From positions 177-64,176 of the forward strand of contig CAYLQP010000005.1 in NCBI GenBank assembly GCA_964386665.1: a stretch of DNA of 64,000 nt, given 5' to 3'. The position numbers and the translations under genes were made by a program. The notes below the pieces were generated by a model. That model was given only the letters and a program-made list of their open reading frames with translations, did not search any database and was not told the DNA's origin. The stretch is from an uncultured Candidatus Saccharibacteria bacterium (GTDB lineage Bacteria; Patescibacteriota; Minisyncoccia; Phycocordibacterales; CAIRYW01). Shown piece after piece: positions 41,384-48,003 of this stretch (positions within the stretch are counted from its first letter, which is position 1; every line of letters begins with the position of its first letter).

Positions 41384-41896
41384 ATGAAAACACTCATTTT
41401 CTTTGTTCTTTTCATTTTAATTTCAAATGTTTCCGCCGCGTTATTTTCACTTCGATACGAAAGCACAACACCAAACCACCTCACCCTTCAGACAAATGAA
41501 GGAGTGACACAGCTTCCGACAGGAAGGATGTCTTCGATCGTCATCTCACTTCTTCAATATGAAGGTGCAATCCTCGTATCAATAAAACACGAGTCACTCG
41601 CAACCAGTTTTGATCTGAAGTATTCTCCAGAGACACTTCGCTTACGTGCAGATATTCTCGGAACACACGAAACTCACCTTTCATTTCAAGACACCGACAC
41701 TGCTTCTCTTTCTCTCTTTGACGGTTTTCAAATGGAACTTGATATAACACACACCCGAGAGTTACATTTTGATTTTGTAGGAGACGTAAGCGGATCATTT
41801 GAAGTGTATTTTGAAGAAGCGGTTCCCGAACCATTTCCCTTCTTCTTTCTTCTTTGTGCAGGGGTGATGCTCTCACAAAGAAATCGCCTCTCCTAA
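41384..41896 (+). CDS. Secreted protein with PEP-CTERM-like C-terminus
   Basis: Signal peptide; AVPEP + hydrophobic stretch + QRNR tail; own terminator. Confidence 0.65.
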   Translation: MKTLIFFVLFILISNVSAALFSLRYESTTPNHLTLQTNEGVTQLPTGRMSSIVISLLQYEGAILVSIKHESLATSFDLKYSPETLRLRADILGTHETHLSFQDTDTASLSLFDGFQMELDITHTRELHFDFVGDVSGSFEVYFEEAVPEPFPFFFLLCAGVMLSQRNRLS

Positions 41897-41929
41897 AGAA
41901 GAGAGGTTTTTTTAAATCAATTAGAAAGC

Positions 41930-41961
41930 AAAAAACGGCCACCCTAAGGTGGCCGTTTTTT
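41930..41961. terminator. Bidirectional terminator closing the island transcript
   Basis: A6-CGGCCACC-CTAA-GGTGGCCG-T7. Confidence 0.8.
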
Positions 41962-42360
41962 TGTCCTCACTTTCGGAAGAATCTTTCTCGAGGAGAGAGA
42001 TTTGCACAAAAAATATAGATATTTTTCATATAAAAAAGATTCTCCCAAAAGTAAGCTGGATCTGCTCCAGTTGCATATACAATACACTGCGCCGAAATTT
42101 TGAACAACTTCGTTGTACTCAAAATTTCGGCGCCCTATCACCCCACCACACTCGTGATGAAGTGAACAAGTTGGAGAAAGATCTTACACTTTCTCCAGAA
42201 ATCAAAGAACTTCTATCTCGTTACACCAAGCCCTTCTTGATGTATATTTTCTACGTGCGAGCACACGATCATTTTTCGGTATGATTACCTTCTATGTGAA
42301 AGGAGTTAGTTTCTTCCTGCTCTCACTTCTGTTCACACGGCAAGAGAGTGCCGCGGTTCC

Positions 42361-42714
42361 TTACTCGGGATTGCCAGTAACAACAACGAGTCCATTGTGG
42401 TCATCGGACATAACTTTGACATCATATCCACTTCCCATAATTGCATCTTCAAACGCTTGCAACTCCTCCATGGTGGTGTATTCCACCCCGAGGAAAACTG
42501 CAGGTCGTCCGTTTTGCACGGCTCGTACTGCTCTCGCTATCAAATCCGCTCCACCCCAAGCAATCGTTTCGTCACGACCGGCTTCGGAGAAATCAATCTC
42601 CCAAGACCAACCCTTCCGAACAAACTCTCCCAGGAGAGCTATTGGATTTTGACCACTTGGAACTTCACGAGTTTGACCTTCGTATGGTCCAGTCAAAGCA
42701 GTTACTTTGATCAT
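42361..42714 (-). CDS. Hypothetical protein (117 aa)
   Basis: ATG directly after a motif copy; globular composition. Confidence 0.7.
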   Translation of the reverse strand: MIKVTALTGPYEGQTREVPSGQNPIALLGEFVRKGWSWEIDFSEAGRDETIAWGGADLIARAVRAVQNGRPAVFLGVEYTTMEELQAFEDAIMGSGYDVKVMSDDHNGLVVVTGNPE

Positions 42715-42888
42715 ACCCTATCAGTCCACAAGGCTTTGCAGACTGAATTGGGAGGAGCTTCGATGTTACCAACACCGAAGCTCCTTGTAACCATTTTGCT
42801 TCCTCACGGAAGCAAAAATTTTTTCTCATTTTCAAAGGCAGAGAAATTCTCCTTCCTATTATTCATCCCGCATAGGTGCGTTTGTTAC

Positions 42889-43590
42889 TTAATTATCAAC
42901 GATCTCCGTGCATTGTGACCAACACGGATGAGCTTTCTTACTCACCGGAAGGTTGTGTGCTTCATCAAGAGTCTTTTGCAGAACCTTAAGCAGGCTCTGC
43001 AAGACTTCTGCCGACATAAACATAGGCTCTGCCCATAGGTGAATTTCTGCCACCTGTTTACTGACCAACCCATTATGATCAGCCACCTCTTCGGCGATCA
43101 CAGCCCAAGGCCCAGAGGTCTCGAGGGTCCACGCCTGCCCCCACCAATAAGTGGTAGGGCGGCCATTGCCACCTTCTTCCAGTATGACTGGGAAATTTTG
43201 GTACGTGGCTGGCACGGTACTCCGTGCCGTTGGATAGTAACAATGAAGATTTTGCTGATAACCCTTCAGCAGAACCTTTTCATCCGCCTGGTGATGGCGG
43301 ATGATTTTATACGACACGCCCTTGTCGTATAAAAACTTCATGACAGGACATCCCGGGGGAGTCCGAAGAAAACAGTACGCAGACCGCGTACTGTTGTGAA
43401 AAGTTATGTACCCGTCGCTGGGTACATTAAATTTCCACAAATCTTTCTGCGCTGCACCCGAGGTGCTGCGCAGACAAAATTTTCCCTCCTCCATCCACCC
43501 CCACCAGGAGTGGTAAAAATTTTTCTGTTCCGTGGCGGAGGTGCCACGGAGTTCTTGTTTGATCTGGGCGATTATGAATGACCGTTCCAT
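42889..43590 (-). CDS. Hypothetical protein (233 aa)
   Basis: Long ORF with ATG and AAAGGAAG upstream; no family recognised. Confidence 0.7.
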   Translation of the reverse strand: MERSFIIAQIKQELRGTSATEQKNFYHSWWGWMEEGKFCLRSTSGAAQKDLWKFNVPSDGYITFHNSTRSAYCFLRTPPGCPVMKFLYDKGVSYKIIRHHQADEKVLLKGYQQNLHCYYPTARSTVPATYQNFPVILEEGGNGRPTTYWWGQAWTLETSGPWAVIAEEVADHNGLVSKQVAEIHLWAEPMFMSAEVLQSLLKVLQKTLDEAHNLPVSKKAHPCWSQCTEIVDN

Positions 43591-43826
43591 TTTTATTTTT
43601 CTTCCTTTAAATTCTCAGCGCGAAAGAAAACGCTATATCTGATTTTGTGCAGAGTTCTATTTATATTAACCTGCGTATTTTTATATCAAATCAGAAAGAT
43701 ATGTTTTGTTGGTTCAAAACCTAGGTTCACTCCTATCAATCCACAAGGCTTTGCAGACTGAATTGGGAGGAGCACAAGTAACCAAACTCGTGCTCCTAAA
43801 TAAATGTTTCTCCTAATAAAAGGAGA

Positions 43827-44010
43827 TAAGGGAGACGGGACTCGAACCCGCATAAGATTGTTACCACACCACGTTTTCCATTAAATCAAGCCATATGCAT
43901 CGAAAATCGATGCTTTTTGTACTTTTTTTAAAACGCGTAGCAGCTCCAATCCTCGATTGCTCGTACAGCCTTCGCAGGCTTGCGCTTTGTCCGATTTAAG
44001 CTACTCCCCC
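43827..44010 (-). ncRNA. tRNA-like RNA with a 114-nt insertion at the variable loop
   Basis: GGGGGAG/CTCCCTT acceptor, TA, GCTT-AAATCGGACA-AAGC D-arm, imperfect anticodon arm with CT-GCG-AA loop, GCGGG-TTCGAGT-CCCGT T-arm. Confidence 0.7.
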
Positions 44011-44193
44011 CTAAAGAACCCTATGAACCAACGACGCTTGTCGCGGGTTCAATTGGGAGGAAGTGCGACGTAACCAAACATCGCACTTCCTTTAACCATT
44101 TTGCTTCCTCACGGAAGCAAAAACTTTTTCTCATTTTCAAAGGCAGAGAAATTCTCCTTCCTATTATTCATCCCGCATAGGTGCGGTGTTTTT

Positions 44194-45663
44194 TTAATTT
44201 GCAGACGACCGGGAGTTCCAGAATCTGCCAAGGGCGACGCGCGCAGTAGACTGCGCGCGCGACTCCTTATTGAGGAGCCACTGCACCGGGACAAAGCGCC
44301 GGTGTGCCCAGCCGTTCGCCGCCATAAAGGCGGCGGTGCCACGCTCGCAGTTGCCTGCAGCGTAGCTATCCGCGAGACAAGCGAGGACGGTAACGTTCGC
44401 CGGCAACTCCAGACCATTGGCTTTCGCCTCACGGTCTTGTGTTGCCCAGGCCTCGGCCGCAAGTCGGATGGCATACCTCTGCCAATACTTGGCAGATCCG
44501 CCGACTTTTTTTCCAGCATCCTCCTTAGGTCGGATTATTTCTAATCCGTTGCCCCAGGCACGGCTGACCTGGGACCATTCCGAGGTCTGGAGGATAGCCT
44601 CAGTTGGTTGCTCTGAAGGCAACCAACTGAGGTGATACGTCCGCCCTGTGGCAATATTCTTCACCACAGTCTGCCTGCGCAGACCAGTGCACCGCCGACG
44701 GTAAAAGTCGGCAACCAACCCCTCCACCACCTCGTGGCCGCGAAGTGTAGCTGAAGCCACAACAAACATTTTGACTCCGTCATCCTGCCGCATGGGCGGC
44801 AGAATGATTTGATCATAATGTTGCCCTTCCGCCATTCTCTGGCGGAAGAATTCCCGAGCCTCGGGCACCATCGCCCGCCACTGATCGTGGTGGAATCCGC
44901 GGAACCGAACGAATTCGGTGACGCGGAATTTTTCGATATGCACTCCAGTGAAGTGTGCGAGGGTCCGTAGGGCCAACCGCTGACCCAGCTTATTCCCGCG
45001 TTTTGGCCCGCGGGGAGCCGCAAGTTCACCCATCACAACCGTCCAAGGGACGGACTCAATCCCGAAGGGACCGAGAATTTCTTTCGCCCGGCAGAGGCCG
45101 GACGAAATCGCCCGGTATGCCCTGCCAGGTGTTTCCCACCTCTCCATCGAGGAGCCGGTGAGAAATGCGGTCATGTGACCGCAGTGATGATTGCGGGGCG
45201 AGTTCATTCCTCGCAACGGCGCTTTTGCGAGCGCCGTTGCGGCGCGGCGAAACCATGCGGGATGTTCCCCCACCAGTTCCCCCATGGCTTTCATCCAGCC
45301 TGCGGTGCGAGCGCACCGCTCCATGTCAGCGGCTGGCACTCTGTGCCAACCATGCCAGCACATGGAGCCTACAAACTGGCTGGGGCAGGTGCCCCAGTTC
45401 GATGGTAGGATAGGGGTTTCATTACCCCCCTCATATGTTGGTGGCCCTGATAGGGCTGCCAGTGCATCCTTGAGTGGCTTTTCGCCACTCGTGAGAATCC
45501 GCGCAATTACTGCACGGGTTGATGTGTCCCCCCAGCGGTTTGCACCACCGGGGAATTTATTTTTTTTACCAAACGCTCCTCTCGGGCGCACGAGGCGCCG
45601 ACAATCGGCCTCACGGCCGAGGAAGAAACGCAGGTCACGGATTGAAAACAATGAAAACTTCAT
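44194..45663 (-). CDS. GC-rich hypothetical protein (~489 aa) with C-terminal DSxxAGNCxxGT motif
   Basis: Long ORF, Arg/Ala/Trp-rich, visibly higher GC than the backbone. Confidence 0.7.
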   Translation of the reverse strand: MKFSLFSIRDLRFFLGREADCRRLVRPRGAFGKKNKFPGGANRWGDTSTRAVIARILTSGEKPLKDALAALSGPPTYEGGNETPILPSNWGTCPSQFVGSMCWHGWHRVPAADMERCARTAGWMKAMGELVGEHPAWFRRAATALAKAPLRGMNSPRNHHCGHMTAFLTGSSMERWETPGRAYRAISSGLCRAKEILGPFGIESVPWTVVMGELAAPRGPKRGNKLGQRLALRTLAHFTGVHIEKFRVTEFVRFRGFHHDQWRAMVPEAREFFRQRMAEGQHYDQIILPPMRQDDGVKMFVVASATLRGHEVVEGLVADFYRRRCTGLRRQTVVKNIATGRTYHLSWLPSEQPTEAILQTSEWSQVSRAWGNGLEIIRPKEDAGKKVGGSAKYWQRYAIRLAAEAWATQDREAKANGLELPANVTVLACLADSYAAGNCERGTAAFMAANGWAHRRFVPVQWLLNKESRAQSTARVALGRFWNSRSSAN

Positions 45664-45966
45664 TGTTTGATGACAGGTAACGTTACTGCAGACGGAAACT
45701 GTTTTTCGCAATATGCGAGTCGGATGTTTCAACGACTACTTTCTAGTTTTACCCTCCCTCATACGAGTTTAGGTTCCAGAAAAGCATTTTGACCGCAAAA
45801 TAAATTGTAGGCACAAAATGCTTTTCTGGAAAATCCTATCGCAAACAAAAACTTTGACACTTTTGTTTGCGAACAAGATGCAGAAAATTAACCAAAATTT
45901 TCTGCAAAAACCTTTCCAACACTTCACCCCACCACGGAGTATGGTAGTTGGCCTACCATCGTTTCT

Positions 45967-46341
45967 TCAGAGGTCGAATTGCTCAACCTCTTCGACACTG
46001 GCCGGGATGGCCAGCACGTTGGTCTCCCCGCGGGAGACCCTGTTGATCTCCCGCATCACTGCGGGAGACCCGAGTGACCGAAGCGCGAAGCGCGCTCCGG
46101 TCTTCCGCATCGGGATCATCCCAATGCGACCGAGTAGTTCGGCGCGACTCAGGTCGCGCCGAATGATTTCGAGAGGGAGAGCGATCTCGGTACCCTCCCC
46201 CTCAATGCGCAGTACAATCTTGACCAACTCCTGCGCGAGCTGGCGGGTGCGCCTTGCGGCAACCCAGAGAGCCACGGCGGCAATACCGCCGATGGCCCCG
46301 CAAATGTCGGCCACGCCACTGACGAAATCCATGAAACTCAT
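45967..46341 (-). CDS. Single-TM protein resembling type III CRISPR effector Csx23
   Basis: N-terminal TM, then IIRRDLSRAELLG...INRVSRGETNVLAIP...EQF; similarity recalled from memory, not searched. Confidence 0.5.
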   Translation of the reverse strand: MSFMDFVSGVADICGAIGGIAAVALWVAARRTRQLAQELVKIVLRIEGEGTEIALPLEIIRRDLSRAELLGRIGMIPMRKTGARFALRSLGSPAVMREINRVSRGETNVLAIPASVEEVEQFDL

Positions 46342-47071
46342 GGCAGCCCCGGATCTACCCCGGTAACTCCGCAATTTTGAGCGCGTGATCCTCAATTTTG
46401 AGCTGAAGTGAAATGCTCTAGGTTTTTTCCTATCAACTTACAAGCTTTGCAAGCTGAATAAGACGCCGAAATTGCTTTCGGCTACTTATAACCACAAGCA
46501 AGTAAAAAGCGAAAGTATTCTTTCTTTTTTTACGAGTCGCCGTGGTTGTATACCAAAAATTTAAATAGAATTTTTGGTATATAAAGAAAAACGTTTAGCA
46601 TCTCTTTGGTGCATCACCTTTTTCTTCATCTGTCCTCATCTTACGATATTTCACAAGCTCATAACCCGTGTCGTAAAACTCAAACTATTTAGTTTTCAAA
46701 ATCCATAGTACGACCCGATGGTTATACTATCCCTCTTGATTTTGGTTACTCTCTCCTCAGAGAATTTCCCTCTATCTGGGATATTCCTCAAGACAAAGTT
46801 GGTTAGACTTTCTCTCGAGACGATATCCCCTCGAACTATGTTCGAGATGTTCTCGTGTCACGAAGTGTTTGGGTTGCCCGAAACGTCTTCTTGTATATAT
46901 AGACTGGTTTCTAAGCACTCTATATTCATCGAAGCTTCGCCTTTAGAAACAAGGTGTACAAAAGGGTGCTATTCACGCCGGCTTACTTAGGCCTTTGTAG
47001 ATCTTCACTCTCTCCTCAGAGGTGTGAAGAACACTCTTTTATCTACCTTCTCAATGTTCTTTACTGTGAAT

Positions 47072-47207
47072 AGTATAGCATCTTCTTTACATATTGTCAA
47101 TAATGTGTGGCAATTTATTATTTAATCATCGAATATATTGTGACAAAAGGCTAAAAACTCTTATTTTTAGTTATCCACTTGTCATAAACTTGTGACAGTA
47201 TTATACT
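47072..47207. promoter_or_regulatory. Divergent sigma70 promoters with TGTCA-N8-TG(A/G)CA operators
   Basis: Minus: TTGACA (47100-47095)-17-TATACT (47077-47072); plus: TTGTCA (47179-84)-17-TATACT (47202-07); palindromes 47095-47112 and 47180-47197. Confidence 0.75.
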
Positions 47208-47239
47208 ATAAGTACATTATGAAATAACCCATATAACGT

Positions 47240-47995
47240 ATGTACCAAGAATATCTTGCAAAATCAGGGCTTTCGAAAGATCAGGCAACTATATATGACC
47301 TTCTTCTTCAATATGGAAATATTGGGGCTAGTAAGCTATCTAAACTCTCTGGGCTTAAACGAGGGCTCACCTACAAAGTGATTGATCAACTTATTGAACT
47401 TGGGCTTTGTGAGAAAAACGACAAACTATCGAAGATAACTCTTTTCTTCCCTGCCCATCCTTCAAAAATCAAAGAGTTATTTGAAAAGAAAAAAGAAGAA
47501 GCCAAACTTGCTGAAGAAGCACTTACGGGAATGATGGGACAAATGATCTCAACCTTTAACCTCGCTTCTGGTAAACCTAATGTGCAGTTTTTTGAGGGGC
47601 TGGAGGGGGTATGGAAAGTACTGGAAGATTCTTTGACTGCAACCACAACCATTGATGCGTACAGTGATATTGAATCAATCGAAAAATATATTCCTGAAGT
47701 AAATAAAAAATATGTAGAGAAGCGTGAAAAATTTAAAATCAAAAAACGAGGACTTATCCTCGATACTCCAAAAGCTCGCGCACTTCTTGAGGGATACCAT
47801 ACAGATGTAACAGAAAATAAATTTATAAAATGCTCACTTACTCCAAACCAAACACAGACAATCATTCAAATTTATGAAAACAAAGTTTCATTTATTACTC
47901 TTGGCGAAAACACAATGTTTGGAACAATTATTGAAGATATTCATATTTATGAATTACATAAATATCTCTACCAATCTTTGTGGGAGAAGTTTTAA
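47240..47995 (+). CDS. TrmB-family transcriptional regulator
   Basis: GLSKDQATIY..LL..G...SGLKRGLTY HTH; KPNVQFFEGLEG; IYENKV. Confidence 0.88.
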   Translation: MYQEYLAKSGLSKDQATIYDLLLQYGNIGASKLSKLSGLKRGLTYKVIDQLIELGLCEKNDKLSKITLFFPAHPSKIKELFEKKKEEAKLAEEALTGMMGQMISTFNLASGKPNVQFFEGLEGVWKVLEDSLTATTTIDAYSDIESIEKYIPEVNKKYVEKREKFKIKKRGLILDTPKARALLEGYHTDVTENKFIKCSLTPNQTQTIIQIYENKVSFITLGENTMFGTIIEDIHIYELHKYLYQSLWEKF

Positions 47996-48003
47996 AAGAC
48001 CCA

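Larger units (their letters stand above)
42788..44185. repeat. 93-bp direct repeat (42788-42880 / 44093-44185)
   Basis: 92/93 identical; contains a TTTTGCTTCC/GGAAGCAAAA hairpin and boxA-like TGCCTTTGAAAA on the minus strand. Confidence 0.95.
42134..46482 (-). repeat. Six dispersed copies of a two-hairpin structured RNA motif (42134-42197, 42717-42785, 43732-43797, 44020-44091, 45835-45906, 46429-46482)
   Basis: Constant CCTAT...AAY frame on the + strand, compensatory stem changes, mismatches almost all G.U on the minus strand. Confidence 0.85.

Noticed and set aside
41949-42284. 111-aa + strand ORF (and 46718-46990)
   Set aside because: The first starts inside a terminator; both overlie hairpin-dense sequence better explained as RNA structure
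43827-44010. tmRNA or a standard tRNA
   Set aside because: Only 184 nt, has a D-stem, lacks the Ala G3.U70 pair and a tag ORF; the insert and weak anticodon stem exclude a normal tRNA
42134-46482. Repeats as a CRISPR array or integron attC sites
   Set aside because: No constant repeat-spacer period, no cas or intI in the window, and no RYYYAAC/GTTRRRY ends
46740-47030. Hammerhead (CTGAGGA) or RNase P RNA (GAGAAAGTC, CCGGCTTA) motifs
   Set aside because: No correctly placed GAAA or stems; the two RNase P-like words lie on opposite strands
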